Below, in pieces: positions 1-10,290 of a stretch of 32,000 nucleotides of DNA. Within the stretch, counting starts at the first letter, position 1, and each line of letters begins with the position of its first letter. Location of the stretch: contig NC_020304.1 in assembly GCF_000341395.1 (NCBI RefSeq), forward strand, positions 3,900,001-3,932,000, in the 5' to 3' direction. Both the position numbers and the translations under genes were made by a program. The notes below the pieces were generated by a model that was not told the DNA's origin, did not search any database, and saw nothing but the letters and a program-made list of their open reading frames with translations. This DNA is from Desulfocapsa sulfexigens DSM 10523. Lineage in GTDB: Bacteria > Desulfobacterota > Desulfobulbia > Desulfobulbales > Desulfocapsaceae.

Positions 1-794
1 TTGTTCAACGCTGCCAGACTGTGACCAAAAACATCAAGATGGTGAGATTCCGGTTGAGTAAGCCCCACCCCTTCTTTTAAGGCAGGAATCACCTGAAACA
101 ACAGTCCCGATTCCACCATTGCAGAGATAACCTCATGGGCACGACTGGAGGCCATAATCAGGTCCATTTCATAACTAATCCGCTCAACTGAAACTCTGGA
201 TAAAAGAGATGCATGCTCGGTGATAGCCGCAAGCGTTTTTTCCTCAATCCTAAAACCAAAGCGCGACCAGAGGCGATAGCCACGCAGCATGCGCAGGGGA
301 TCGCTGACAAAGGCATTGGGACAAGCTCGTAAAATTCCATTATCCAGATCCTCCCTTCCTCCGAGAGGATCAAGGATCGGTAAGATTCCTGATGGAACCA
401 TAAATTCACTAAAACTGATCCCCAGAGCATTCAGGGTAAAATCCCGCATAGACAAATCCTCATCGATGGTGCTTGCTCCCGAGCGGAAACTTGAAAAATC
501 GATGATCAGGCCTTTCCAGGCAACCCTGCCGGCATCCTCCTCGGCGGTGCCAAGTGGCACAAAGGTTCCACCATTGAGTTCCCTGATCAGCAGACGACAG
601 CAGTGAACAGCATCACAATCCACTGTAAAGTCAAGATCGTTGGGTTTTCTTTCTAAAAGCCAGTCTCTAACAGTACCACCGACCAGAAACATATCCCTGC
701 CACGTTCCTTGGCAACGGCTGTCAAGGCCTTGAAAAGCTGAGGAGGATAATCGGAACTGTGGCTACGCAGCTCGGCAACATTGCTCACGAGCAT
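1..794 (-). CDS. CCA tRNA nucleotidyltransferase / poly(A) polymerase family protein (partial, runs off left edge)
   Basis: Minus-strand translation from the ATG at 794 reads MLVSNVAELRSHSSDYPPQLFKALTAVAKERGRDMFLVGGTVRDWLLERKPNDLDFTVD; GGxVRD...DxDF is the class II nucleotidyltransferase head motif. Open to position 1. Confidence 0.9.
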   Translation of the reverse strand, partial: MLVSNVAELRSHSSDYPPQLFKALTAVAKERGRDMFLVGGTVRDWLLERKPNDLDFTVDCDAVHCCRLLIRELNGGTFVPLGTAEEDAGRVAWKGLIIDFSSFRSGASTIDEDLSMRDFTLNALGISFSEFMVPSGILPILDPLGGREDLDNGILRACPNAFVSDPLRMLRGYRLWSRFGFRIEEKTLAAITEHASLLSRVSVERISYEMDLIMASSRAHEVISAMVESGLLFQVIPALKEGVGLTQPESHHLDVFGHSLAALN

Positions 795-912
795 CTTCTC
801 TCCTCTTTCTTTTTTTTATTTCATGTTTATACTTCACGCGTATGTCTCACATGTATAGTTGTCAGATGAGAAAGTGTACCACTTAACCCAAAAAAATAGA
901 ACTGAAACGTAT

Positions 913-1401
913 ATGGACACCCCCACTCAGCGTATGCTCAAGGTCGGCAAGGCCACCATTGGCCTAATCGGTCTTGATATCGCCCTAAACAACGCCCTGG
1001 TCAACAAAATCCCTGTTGAATCCATTTCCGAGCATCTTTACAGAGAAATTCGGCGGCAGAATTATATCCCACCAGGAATGACAGAGACATACAAAGCTGC
1101 GCTGAAACGAGAATACAGAAAATTACTTGGTGAAGACGTTACTGAAGACGGTGATCTCACAATTCGGATTTTCGGCACCGGCTGTATCAGTTGTAACGGA
1201 CTGCGTGATGCTGTAATCGATGCCATGATGAAGGCAGGCATCGCTGCCGATATTCACATGATTCATGATCCTGACGAAATAGGCAGACATGGCATCCTGG
1301 CCACACCTGCGCTTATGATCAATGGAAAGGTAAAAATGGCCGGGATTCATCCTACTCCGGTGCAGCTTGAAGCCTGGCTGCTCGAGGCAGCAGAACAATA
1401 A
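913..1401 (+). CDS. thioredoxin-like protein with CxxC (GCISC) motif and an N-terminal helical segment
   Basis: ORF 859..1401 (track start is TTG); likely ATG at 913. C-terminal LTIRIFGTGCISCNGLRDAV...GILATPALMINGKVKMAG has a thioredoxin-like CxxC and cis-Pro (TPAL). Confidence 0.75.
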   Translation: MDTPTQRMLKVGKATIGLIGLDIALNNALVNKIPVESISEHLYREIRRQNYIPPGMTETYKAALKREYRKLLGEDVTEDGDLTIRIFGTGCISCNGLRDAVIDAMMKAGIAADIHMIHDPDEIGRHGILATPALMINGKVKMAGIHPTPVQLEAWLLEAAEQ

Positions 1402-1402
1402 T

Positions 1403-2350
1403 ATGAAGTCAAAACAGCCTGAACTTGTTCTGGCACCCATCCGAGGAATCACAGACTGCCATTTTCGTTCGCTTTTCCAGCGCCATTTCCCCGGCTTTGA
1501 CTCAGCACTGGCACCCTTTATAAACCCCCAGCGCCACTCCCAATTCAACACAGGACAGTTAAAGGACATTTTACCGGTTGCCAACCTGGAGTTACCGGTC
1601 ACCCCACAGTTCCTCCACACCAACCCGGAAGATTTTCTCTTTCTGGCAGGCCGTTTACAGGAACTCGGGTACAGGGAAGTAAACTGGAATCTGGGCTGCC
1701 CCGCTCCCATGGTTACCAAAAAGCAAAGAGGCTCCGGCCTTCTCCCCTTCCCAGAAAAGATCTTTGATTTTCTTGACCAAGTACTGCCAAAACTGACACA
1801 ACTCGGGATACGGCTCTCCATAAAAACACGTTTGGGCTACGAAAACAGGCAGGAACTCCTTGATCTTCTACCACGTCTTGACCAGTATCCTCTGGCCGAA
1901 ATCATTATTCATGGACGCCTGGGTTCGCAGATGTACAAGGGTGAAGTTGATCGGGACGCTTTTGGTCATTGTTTAGAATGCACTCAACATTTCATCGTCT
2001 ATAATGGTGACATCACGTCAAAAGAAGTTTTTGACACATTGCAGCAACAATTCCCGAAGGTGGACAAATGGATGATAGGAAGAGGAGCGTTAGCCAACCC
2101 ATTCCTCCCTGCAGAAATAAAGGGCAAAGAGATCTCTGGACAACGGCAACAGTTACAACTGTTTCACGATGAACTCTACACCTGCTACGCAGATCTCCTC
2201 GATGGCCCGGCACACCTCCTTGGACGAATGAAACAACTCTGGATTTATCTCAGTGCCTTTTTTCCACCAGAACATAAAACATGGAAACTGATAAAAAAGT
2301 GTAAGACTGAATCCAGCTATCAAGAGATCATCAAAAGGCTTTTTGACTGA
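1403..2350 (+). CDS. tRNA-dihydrouridine synthase family protein
   Basis: MKSKQPELVLAPIRGITDCHFRSLF...EVNWNLGCPAPMVTKKQRGSGLL...IIIHGR...YNGDI...WMIGRGALANPFL; Dus family motifs (LAPMxG-like start, NxGCPxP, HGR, NGDI, GRGAxxNP). Confidence 0.92.
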   Translation: MKSKQPELVLAPIRGITDCHFRSLFQRHFPGFDSALAPFINPQRHSQFNTGQLKDILPVANLELPVTPQFLHTNPEDFLFLAGRLQELGYREVNWNLGCPAPMVTKKQRGSGLLPFPEKIFDFLDQVLPKLTQLGIRLSIKTRLGYENRQELLDLLPRLDQYPLAEIIIHGRLGSQMYKGEVDRDAFGHCLECTQHFIVYNGDITSKEVFDTLQQQFPKVDKWMIGRGALANPFLPAEIKGKEISGQRQQLQLFHDELYTCYADLLDGPAHLLGRMKQLWIYLSAFFPPEHKTWKLIKKCKTESSYQEIIKRLFD

Positions 2351-2358
2351 AGAGAATA

Positions 2359-3237
2359 CTAAACCAGCAGGGTATCTGAGAGATCCGTCCCCTCTTCAAT
2401 CCTCACTCCATCCCAGACCACACAGCGTGTCAATGTGACATCTTGACCAAAACGTGCGCTCCCCACGCAGCACCAATCCTTAAGTGTAACACCCTCGGTG
2501 CCAATATGGTCAGCAATGAGAAAGGAACTCTCTGGAGTAATGGAAAATTCCTGCCAGAGAGGAATTTCTTTTTTCAGCAATTTACCGTGTAAGGCAAGAT
2601 AATCAGCCACTGTTCCCATATCCGTCCAGGAGCAGCCATCAACCCGTAACGCCTGAATAGGCAAGTCTTCAAGCAACAACTCGCAATAACGATCAATAAT
2701 GGAATTTTTTTGGGCCAAAGGGATTGTTTCCAGCACTTCGGGGTCCAGCACATGCAATCCAGTAAAAGCCAGACATTTTTCTCCACTCTGGTCGTCAAAA
2801 CTAGTTACCCGGTCGTCCTCAACAGTGACCTTATTAAAACGTGGATAGTCATGCATGGCCATGGTCACCAAGGTACCACCAGACTTGTGACTCCGGTACA
2901 GATCGAGATAATCTACCGTGTGATAAATATCACCATTGCTTATCAGTAGCGGTTCATCCCGCATATGGGACAGGGCCATGCGCAGGCCACCACCAGTGCC
3001 GAGTACCATCTCTTCTTCCTGAATGATCACACCGGATATCCCAGCCAGTGCATCAACAATCTGCTCCTTCAAATGATGACAGTTTACAATAATACGATCA
3101 AAACCAGCCAATTGGAGACGGCGAATTGTGAGCAGCAAAAGTGGTTCATTCAGAAGAGGGAAAAGCGGTTTGGGACGAAGTTCCGTGAAAGGAAGAAGCC
3201 TGGTGCCGAAACCTGCTGCAAGAATCATAGCCTGCAT
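2359..3237 (-). CDS. sugar-1-phosphate nucleotidyltransferase (MurU / mannose-1-P guanylyltransferase-like)
   Basis: MQAMILAAGFGTRLLPFTELRPKPLFPLLNEPLLLLTI... with nucleotidyltransferase signature (LAAGxGTRLxPxTxxxPKPL) and DxY/NGD-type motif (LLISNGDIYHTVD). Confidence 0.88.
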   Translation of the reverse strand: MQAMILAAGFGTRLLPFTELRPKPLFPLLNEPLLLLTIRRLQLAGFDRIIVNCHHLKEQIVDALAGISGVIIQEEEMVLGTGGGLRMALSHMRDEPLLISNGDIYHTVDYLDLYRSHKSGGTLVTMAMHDYPRFNKVTVEDDRVTSFDDQSGEKCLAFTGLHVLDPEVLETIPLAQKNSIIDRYCELLLEDLPIQALRVDGCSWTDMGTVADYLALHGKLLKKEIPLWQEFSITPESSFLIADHIGTEGVTLKDWCCVGSARFGQDVTLTRCVVWDGVRIEEGTDLSDTLLV

Positions 3238-3319
3238 CGAATACCGTCTCCCAAAAAGACTGCCTTAGCCGAACAAGGGATTACTCTGTTCATTGTTTGT
3301 AACAATCTTTTTTTAAACT

Positions 3320-4162
3320 TCAATAATCGAGAGTCCCATCTAAATTTTCACTGACACCAACTACTATAATTCCAGCCTCATCTGCCGCACGAATCATGGC
3401 TTCGGGATCAAAGAGGAGTGATTGTCCAGCTTCCACGGCTAGAACCGCTCCCCGGACAGAGGCAAGTGTCTCGATGGTTTGAATACCGGTTGCCGGAAGG
3501 TCAAAACGGAAATCTTGTCCGGGTTTTCGTACCTTCACCACAACGGCCTGCTCTTTGGCAAGATTTCCACCTCTGATAATGGTTGCATCGGTGCCATCAA
3601 TTGCCTCAACTGCCAGCACGGAGCGATTCCTGACAACAACGCACTGTCCGATATCCAAAGCCCCGATGGCACGGGCGTTCTTCCAGCCAAAAGCAATATC
3701 CAGGCGCTGGTTATTATCGGGTTTTTTTCTTGTTAAAACACCATGCGGAAAAAACAGATGCTGCAGATAACAGGTGGATTCCAGTACCTGAATGCCTTCC
3801 TGCTCAAGTGCCCCGGCAACAGCGCGAAGAATAGCATCGTCCTGTTTGGAATCTATCTTGTTCCAGAGAGACAAGGCTTTTATGTCGGGCAGGATATCAC
3901 GAAAAATCTTTGTCTTGGTGATGGCTCCGACAAAGACCGTCTCTCCCACTCCTCTGGAATGAAAGAACTTCAGTAACTTTCCCAACTGTCCAAGTTTCAG
4001 CCAGCACACTTCATCGGCCGCCGCCGCCACTTCATCGCCTGTCTCGTTTCGATGAGCAATGAGCACTGTTCTGCGACCGGCCTTTTTCGCAGCCTCAATA
4101 AAGAGTAGGGGAAATTGGCCGGAACCTGCAATGACTCCAATTTTATCAGGATCAACTGCCAT
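3320..4162 (-). CDS. lpxI: UDP-2,3-diacylglucosamine pyrophosphatase LpxI
   Basis: MAVDPDKIGVIAGSGQFPLLFIEAAKKAG...VGAITKTKIFRDILPD...DDAILRAVAG; LpxI/DUF1009 family pattern, directly downstream of lpxA. Confidence 0.9.
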   Translation of the reverse strand: MAVDPDKIGVIAGSGQFPLLFIEAAKKAGRRTVLIAHRNETGDEVAAAADEVCWLKLGQLGKLLKFFHSRGVGETVFVGAITKTKIFRDILPDIKALSLWNKIDSKQDDAILRAVAGALEQEGIQVLESTCYLQHLFFPHGVLTRKKPDNNQRLDIAFGWKNARAIGALDIGQCVVVRNRSVLAVEAIDGTDATIIRGGNLAKEQAVVVKVRKPGQDFRFDLPATGIQTIETLASVRGAVLAVEAGQSLLFDPEAMIRAADEAGIIVVGVSENLDGTLDY

Positions 4163-4165
4163 GGT

Positions 4166-4975
4166 TCAACGTCTCTTGATGCGTTTCACCACACCGCGCT
4201 TTGAGCTTCGAATAAAGGCAAGTAATCCATCCACCTCCTCACAGCCGCCAAGCTCATGTTCCACCCTGTCGAGTGCCTCGTTGTGGAGCAGCTCTGGAGA
4301 ATGGAAGAGTATACGGTAGGCTGCATCAATTCTGGAAATGATTTCACGGCTAAAGCCATTCCGACGCAACCCCACTTTGTTCAGACCAGAAATATGCATC
4401 TGGCCTCTTTCACCTGTCACCATGGCGTAAGGTGGGACGTCCTTACTCACAGCAGAGCCACCGCCAATAAAGGCAAACGTGCCGATACGGGAAAACTGAT
4501 GGGTACCAGTTAGTCCACCAACGGTAGCCCTGGCGCCAACTTCCGTGTGACCGCTCAAATGGGCCGCATTTACAATAATCACATAATCCTCAATAATACA
4601 GTCATGTCCTATATGGGCATAGGCCATTATCAGACAGTTATTGCCAATCACTGTCCTCCCTCCACCCTTCACAGTTCCACGGTGAATGGATGCATATTCA
4701 CGAATATGGTTATTATTTCCAAGAATAAGCTCTGTCGGCTCACCAGTATAACCGAGATCCTGTGGTGCTCCTCCAAGGGCTGCAAAGGAATCGATGATAT
4801 TGTTTTCCCCAATCTTACAGGGGCCAGAAATCCTCACATGGGTAGCAACGGTTGTACCGGCGCCAATTATCACGCCATCCTCGATCACGCTAAATGGGCC
4901 GACAATCACACTTTCATGCAACTTAGCTTTTACAGAAACCACTGCCGTGGGATGAATATTCATATCTTTAGTCAC
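4166..4975 (-). CDS. lpxA: acyl-[ACP]--UDP-N-acetylglucosamine O-acyltransferase LpxA
   Basis: [36 protein letters not shown]..., hexapeptide repeats, [41 protein letters not shown]. The internal ATG for MNIHPTAV is another possible start. Confidence 0.96.
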   Translation of the reverse strand: MTKDMNIHPTAVVSVKAKLHESVIVGPFSVIEDGVIIGAGTTVATHVRISGPCKIGENNIIDSFAALGGAPQDLGYTGEPTELILGNNNHIREYASIHRGTVKGGGRTVIGNNCLIMAYAHIGHDCIIEDYVIIVNAAHLSGHTEVGARATVGGLTGTHQFSRIGTFAFIGGGSAVSKDVPPYAMVTGERGQMHISGLNKVGLRRNGFSREIISRIDAAYRILFHSPELLHNEALDRVEHELGGCEEVDGLLAFIRSSKRGVVKRIKRR

Positions 4976-5421
4976 CCAAATGATGCCATAAGCTCTGCTT
5001 CGGCAACCACTTTATCATCGACAAAAGCCTTCCCCGCAAGTTTCCAGATACCGCGTTTCTTTTTCAAAACCTCAAGTTTATAAATCAATTGATCTCCAGG
5101 ACCCACTGGCCGGCGAAAGCGTACCTTGTCAATCCCGGCGAAATACAACAGCTTCACACCTACATTTTCAAGTTCTGTGCTATACGCAAGCACTCCTCCC
5201 GCCTGTGCCATTCCTTCCAGCATTAACACCCCTGGCATCACAGGCTTTGCAGGAAAATGGCCCTGAAAAAAAGGCTCATTAATTGTCACATTTTTCAAAG
5301 CTTCAATTTTCTGATCAGGAACAAGAGAAAGAACCCGATCAATCATTACAAATGGATACCTGTGCGGCAACAGACGTAAAATTTCTATTATATCTATATT
5401 TTCAATAAGTTCCTCACTCAT
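4972..5421 (-). CDS. fabZ: 3-hydroxyacyl-[ACP] dehydratase FabZ
   Basis: [22 protein letters not shown]...[33 protein letters not shown]; canonical FabZ motifs. ATGA overlap with lpxA. Confidence 0.97.
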   Translation of the reverse strand: MSEELIENIDIIEILRLLPHRYPFVMIDRVLSLVPDQKIEALKNVTINEPFFQGHFPAKPVMPGVLMLEGMAQAGGVLAYSTELENVGVKLLYFAGIDKVRFRRPVGPGDQLIYKLEVLKKKRGIWKLAGKAFVDDKVVAEAELMASFG

Positions 5422-6497
5422 TTTGCACTCCCTGATTGTTCTTCTGCAACGGCTTCACATTTAGCCATCTGCTTTTTTAATTTTCGTATATCACGCCCCA
5501 TCTCGGACAACTTTCCAAACTGGATAGCAGCTCTTGCAAATATATTCATGGGAATGGCAGGTGACCCGCCAACCCGGGCTCCAGCATCCAAATTCGTATG
5601 TATTCCACTCTGTGCTGCAACCATCACAGTATCTCCCAGGGTAATATGACCGGCCACCCCAGCCTGCCCCCCAAGGACAACATTTCTGCCAAGGGTTACT
5701 GAACCGGCAATTCCAACTTGGGAAACGATGAGACTGTTCTCGCCAACAACCACATTATGGGCTATCTGAACCAGATTATCAATTTTCGTTCCCGATTTTA
5801 TGTGGGTCACTCCATAGGCAGCTCTATCCACACAGCTGTTGGCACCAATTTCCACGTCATCATCAATCTGGACAATCCCTACCTGAGGACGTTTTGTGTG
5901 AAAGCCCTGTTTGTCGGTGGCATACCCATAGCCATCACTCCCGATCACTGCACCGGAAAAAATGGTTACTCGTTTGCCGATTTTACACCCTTGGGCTATG
6001 GTGGTATTGGCTTTTATGGTGGTATCATCTCCAATCTGCACATCGTCTCCAAGAACGACTCCGGCTTCAAGGGTCACCCTCTCTCCAATTGTCACTCTAT
6101 CACCAATGGATACAAATGGAGCGACGCTGATCTGCTCAGGAAGAGAGGTTTCCTTTCCTATCCAGGCCTGAGGATGTACCCCTGTTGCAACAAACGGTTT
6201 TTCAAGAAGCCGACCATGTATTTTAGCCGAGGCCAGATAAGGATCGTCAACACGAATAACTGCTACAGGTGCCTTTTCGATGCTCATGGGGACTATAACC
6301 GCACTCCCTCCGAACTCTTTTAATCTATGCACATCTCCAGCTTTAGCCAGAAAACTGATATCGCCCTTTCCTGCTGTTTCCAGCGGAGCAAACCCAGTAA
6401 TCTCCAACTGCCCATCTCCTGCAACTATACCATTTACCGCAGTTGCTAATTCTTCCAGACTAAAACATGTTTTGCTCACATAAACCTCGCTACTCAT
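5418..6497 (-). CDS. lpxD: UDP-3-O-(3-hydroxymyristoyl)glucosamine N-acyltransferase LpxD
   Basis: Hexapeptide-repeat acyltransferase: [85 protein letters not shown] overlap with fabZ. Confidence 0.97.
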   Translation of the reverse strand: MSSEVYVSKTCFSLEELATAVNGIVAGDGQLEITGFAPLETAGKGDISFLAKAGDVHRLKEFGGSAVIVPMSIEKAPVAVIRVDDPYLASAKIHGRLLEKPFVATGVHPQAWIGKETSLPEQISVAPFVSIGDRVTIGERVTLEAGVVLGDDVQIGDDTTIKANTTIAQGCKIGKRVTIFSGAVIGSDGYGYATDKQGFHTKRPQVGIVQIDDDVEIGANSCVDRAAYGVTHIKSGTKIDNLVQIAHNVVVGENSLIVSQVGIAGSVTLGRNVVLGGQAGVAGHITLGDTVMVAAQSGIHTNLDAGARVGGSPAIPMNIFARAAIQFGKLSEMGRDIRKLKKQMAKCEAVAEEQSGSAK

Positions 6498-7666
6498 CAG
6501 AGAGTGTAAATAAGATATTTTTTTCTTCTTTCTAAAAATCGCTCCAACTCAGGCTGCCACCTCTTTTCAAGCAGGGAAAGAGATTCGCCACGCTCCAAAG
6601 CCTTGCGCAGAATCGTATCACCCAAAATAAGATCCATGGGAAGCCGTTCAAACTCATATTCATAGGGTGGTTCTTTATACGCGAAATCATCAGGATAACA
6701 TTGCATCACCGCCTGCAGCAATGCCAGACTGGTTCGATAGGGTAAAAATGTTTCAGGGTCCGTTACATGAAGTTGAAACCCGGTACAAGCCTGCTCGGCC
6801 CATTTTCCCGACGTTGGCTGAAAGACAAGGGGTCTGAGATAACAACCGGGCAATTGCGTCGCCTCTAAATACTTCAAGATCTTCTCATGCTCCCAGAAGG
6901 GTGCTCCTGAAAACTCAAAGGGCAGTGTTGTGCCCCGCCCCTCAGAACAGTTTGTTCCCTCCCAGATGACCTGACCCGGATACACAAGAGCCGTTTCAGG
7001 AGTTGGCATATTTGGAGACGGCGCAACCCAGGGAAATCCCGTATCACGAAAAAGCATGGAACGTTTCCAACCCTGGATAGGAATAACCTGCAGGTCAGCA
7101 CCGATGGAAAACTCCTCATTGATATAAAGAGCAAGCTCACCAAAAGTCATGCCATGCCGCATGGGGATAGGATAGAGTCCTACAAAAGAACTGCAATCCT
7201 CCTGAAGTATATTTCCTTCAACCGACAGACCATCAATGGGATTTGGCCGATCAAGAACCACAATCTGTTTTCCGTATTTGGCCGCAGCCTCCATGCAGTA
7301 AGCCATGGTGTAGAGAAAGGTGTAGACCCGGGTTCCCACATCCACAATGTCGATCAGGAGAAGGTCGAGGTAGGAAAACATGGATTCTGTCGGTTTCCGG
7401 GATTCGCCGTAAAGAGAAAAAACAGGCAGGCCACTCACTGGATCGGTACAGTGATCAGATTCGATCATGTTATCCTGTTTTTCAGAGAAAAAGCCGTGCT
7501 GAGGGGAAAAAAGGCAGGTTAGCTGACTCCCGTAGATATCCAGTAGGAAGTCCCTGCTATGACGCAGGGTATGATCGGTGGATGCCTGATTACAAAGCAA
7601 GCCGAGGCGCTTGCCGGAGAGTTCTACATCCGACCCAGATAAATTTTCGAGACCGATAGTGATCAT
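6497..7666 (-). CDS. DUF1343 family protein (NamZ-like exo-beta-N-acetylmuramidase family)
   Basis: MITIGLENLSGSDVELSGKRLGLLCNQASTD...FSPQHGFFSEKQDNMIESD...LLLIDIVDVGTRVYTFLYTM...VLDRPNPIDG; matches the DUF1343 pattern. No N-terminal signal peptide apparent. Confidence 0.88.
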   Translation of the reverse strand: MITIGLENLSGSDVELSGKRLGLLCNQASTDHTLRHSRDFLLDIYGSQLTCLFSPQHGFFSEKQDNMIESDHCTDPVSGLPVFSLYGESRKPTESMFSYLDLLLIDIVDVGTRVYTFLYTMAYCMEAAAKYGKQIVVLDRPNPIDGLSVEGNILQEDCSSFVGLYPIPMRHGMTFGELALYINEEFSIGADLQVIPIQGWKRSMLFRDTGFPWVAPSPNMPTPETALVYPGQVIWEGTNCSEGRGTTLPFEFSGAPFWEHEKILKYLEATQLPGCYLRPLVFQPTSGKWAEQACTGFQLHVTDPETFLPYRTSLALLQAVMQCYPDDFAYKEPPYEYEFERLPMDLILGDTILRKALERGESLSLLEKRWQPELERFLERRKKYLIYTL

Positions 7667-9507
7667 TATTCGACGGTTACACTTTTAGCGAGATTCCGTG
7701 GCTGATCCACATCACAGCCGCGTCGGGAGGCAATTTCATAGGCGAGCAACTGCGCAGGAATTGTATAGAGTATAGGGTTAAGCTCTTCATTCACCTCAGG
7801 TAGATAGAGGACATCGTCGGTTATACTTTTGAGATGCTCATCACCTTCAGTTCCTATAAGTATGAGACGGCCCTGCCTCGCCTTAATTTCTTCCACATTA
7901 GAAATGGATTTCTGATATACGGCATCTTTTGGCACCAATCCCAAAATTGGCATATCCTTATCGATTAGGGCAATTGGACCATGTTTCAACTCACCCGAAG
8001 CATACCCTTCAGCATGAATATAAGAAATTTCCTTCAGTTTCAGCGCACCTTCAAGAGCAATGGGAAAGTTCAGCCCCCTGCCCACAAATAGAAAATCACG
8101 ACTGTCATAATAGTTTTCTATCAATTCCTGTATTTCACCCTGAAGCACGGGAAGAAGTTTTCCTATAACGGCAGCAAGGTGAATAAGATCCCTGCCCAGC
8201 TCCAGACGTTTTTCCACTGCCATTGTTCCTCTTTTTTCTGCAAGAAAGAGAGTAAAGAGAAACAGTGCTGCAAGCTGTGAGGTAAAAGCTTTGGTGGAAG
8301 CCACTCCAATCTCAGGTCCTGCATGAGTATAAACGGTACCATCTGCAATCCTGGTCATAGTGGAACCAACAACATTGCAGATGATCACTATTTTGGAGCC
8401 AAGTTTCCTGGCAAGGCGAATCCCGGCAAGAGTATCTGCTGTTTCCCCGGATTGCGAGATGGCAACGGTGAGAACCCTCTCGTTGATAATAAGCTTCCGG
8501 TACCTGAATTCAGAGGCGATGTCTACTTCAACAGGAATTCCGGCCCAACGCTCAATCCAGTATTTGGCAACCAGCGCTGCATGCCAGGACGTACCGCAGG
8601 CCACCAGAAAAATACGGTCAATTCCGGCAAGATCCTCATCACTGAGATTCATCTCCGCCAGCTCAATACTGCCGGTTTCAGGATTTATACGGCCACTCAC
8701 CGTGTCGATTATGGCCTGGGGCTGTTCATAAATCTCTTTCAGCATGAAATGCTTATACCCACCCTTCTCCGCCATGGCGGAGTTCCAGGAAATGGTATTC
8801 ACCTCTTTCTCGACCTCTTCGCCACTAACCAGGGAATAGACAGTATGACTATCAGCTTTTAAAACGACAAGCTCCTTGTCATCAAGAAAGATAACCCTGT
8901 TGGTATAGGGAAGCAGCGGCGGAACATCGGAGGCCATAAAACCACCCTCTTCCTCATGGACGCCAATAACCAATGGACTGTGGTTTCTGGCGGCGATCAG
9001 AGTGTCGGGCATCCCTGTCCAGAGAACACCGATCCCGTAGGAACCTTCCACCCTGCCAAGAGCTTTGGTCACTGCAGCTCGCAGATCGGTATCAAGATAC
9101 TCTTCTATGAGGTGCGCCAGAACTTCAGTATCGGTCGCCGAGGAAAATGTGTGTCCTTTTTCCAACAGTTCCTTTCGAAGCGAATGATAGTTTTCAATAA
9201 TCCCATTATGAACAACGACAAGATTTCCGGTGCAGTCACTGTGCGGATGGGCATTTTCCGTCGTGGGAGCACCATGAGTTGCCCAGCGAGTGTGACCAAG
9301 ACCGATATTAGAGGGTGCACCAATAGCTTCTCCCATAATGTTCTCAAGATTCTGGAGTTTCCCCTCACTGCGGTATTTTATCAGCCTTCCATCATGCAGA
9401 TAAACAATGCCAGCAGAATCATACCCTCTGTACTCCAGACGTTTTAATCCCTCCAGTACAACCGGAACCACACGTCTTCTTCCCACATACCCTACAATTC
9501 CGCACAT
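7666..9507 (-). CDS. glmS: glutamine--fructose-6-phosphate aminotransferase (isomerizing) GlmS
   Basis: MCGIVGYVGRRRVVPVVLEGLKRLEYRGYDSAG (Ntn glutaminase, Cys2), two SIS domains (VACGTSWHAALVAKYWIE, AISQSGETADT), C-terminal LAKSVTVE. The track start at 9561 is 18 codons upstream of MCGIV. Confidence 0.97.
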   Translation of the reverse strand: MCGIVGYVGRRRVVPVVLEGLKRLEYRGYDSAGIVYLHDGRLIKYRSEGKLQNLENIMGEAIGAPSNIGLGHTRWATHGAPTTENAHPHSDCTGNLVVVHNGIIENYHSLRKELLEKGHTFSSATDTEVLAHLIEEYLDTDLRAAVTKALGRVEGSYGIGVLWTGMPDTLIAARNHSPLVIGVHEEEGGFMASDVPPLLPYTNRVIFLDDKELVVLKADSHTVYSLVSGEEVEKEVNTISWNSAMAEKGGYKHFMLKEIYEQPQAIIDTVSGRINPETGSIELAEMNLSDEDLAGIDRIFLVACGTSWHAALVAKYWIERWAGIPVEVDIASEFRYRKLIINERVLTVAISQSGETADTLAGIRLARKLGSKIVIICNVVGSTMTRIADGTVYTHAGPEIGVASTKAFTSQLAALFLFTLFLAEKRGTMAVEKRLELGRDLIHLAAVIGKLLPVLQGEIQELIENYYDSRDFLFVGRGLNFPIALEGALKLKEISYIHAEGYASGELKHGPIALIDKDMPILGLVPKDAVYQKSISNVEEIKARQGRLILIGTEGDEHLKSITDDVLYLPEVNEELNPILYTIPAQLLAYEIASRRGCDVDQPRNLAKSVTVE

Positions 9508-9735
9508 AGTAAATTCCTCATTTCCAATCTCTAGAAAAACTATTCCATTTTCCTGCTGCAATACAAGTAGTCGACCAAACTAACATGCCAATTTTTAATA
9601 TTGCGAGTTTTTTCTTGTTCCTCGGCGAAAAATGAGTATTTTTAGTGAAGATAGATTCAAAAAAAAAATTCATTCCGGGTTCTATCTTTTTTTTAACTTA
9701 CCTCAACAACCAAAACTTTTACAAAGAAACTTCCC

Positions 9736-10287
9736 ATGGACAACAGACAACGACTAAAAGAAATCCTTCTTGAGAAATCATACAGAAAGGGCGAATTCAC
9801 TCTCACATCCGGTAAAACATCTGATTTTTATATCGATGTCAAACAAACATCTCTCTCAGCTGAAGGAAGCTATCTCTGCGGCAAACTCATTTTGGAGCTT
9901 ATGCTGAAAAACGACAAGCCCATTCAGGCAGTTGGAGGAATGACACTGGGTGCTGACCCTCTTGTCTCTGCAGTATCCGTTGTCAGCCACCTTGAAGGCC
10001 ATCCGGTACCAGCTTTTATCGTTCGCAAGGAAGCAAAAGGCCATGGCACCGGAAACTATATCGAAGGACTCAGTAACATGCCTGATGGATGCACAGTGAC
10101 CCTGCTTGAAGATGTGGTCACCACAGGTGGTACCCTGGTTCAGGTAATAAAACGAGTTGAAGATGCAGGGTTTACCGTGGGACAGGTTATTACGGTTGTT
10201 GAACGTCAGGAAGGCGGTGTGGACGTTCTTGCCGATGCCGGATACAAACTTGAGGCACTCTTTACCCGCGAACAACTCCTGAGTTGA
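9736..10287 (+). CDS. pyrE: orotate phosphoribosyltransferase
   Basis: MDNRQRLKEILLEKSYRKGEFTLTSGKTSDFYIDVKQTSL...GGMTLGADPLVSAVS...FIVRKEAKGHGTGNYIEG...VTLLEDVVTTGGTLVQVI; PRPP-binding motif. Confidence 0.95.
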   Translation: MDNRQRLKEILLEKSYRKGEFTLTSGKTSDFYIDVKQTSLSAEGSYLCGKLILELMLKNDKPIQAVGGMTLGADPLVSAVSVVSHLEGHPVPAFIVRKEAKGHGTGNYIEGLSNMPDGCTVTLLEDVVTTGGTLVQVIKRVEDAGFTVGQVITVVERQEGGVDVLADAGYKLEALFTREQLLS

Positions 10288-10290
10288 GCC

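Noticed and set aside
1123-1821. 232-aa minus-strand ORF antisense to the thioredoxin-like and Dus genes
   Set aside because: Overlaps two supported plus-strand genes; the protein has no recognisable motifs.
4547-5083. 178-aa plus-strand ORF antisense to lpxA
   Set aside because: Covered by a confidently identified lpxA/fabZ coding strand; translation shows no family features.
9508-9735. Possible glmS-type ribozyme or riboswitch upstream of glmS
   Set aside because: The leader is short and AT-rich with no recognisable glmS ribozyme core or other conserved aptamer pattern.
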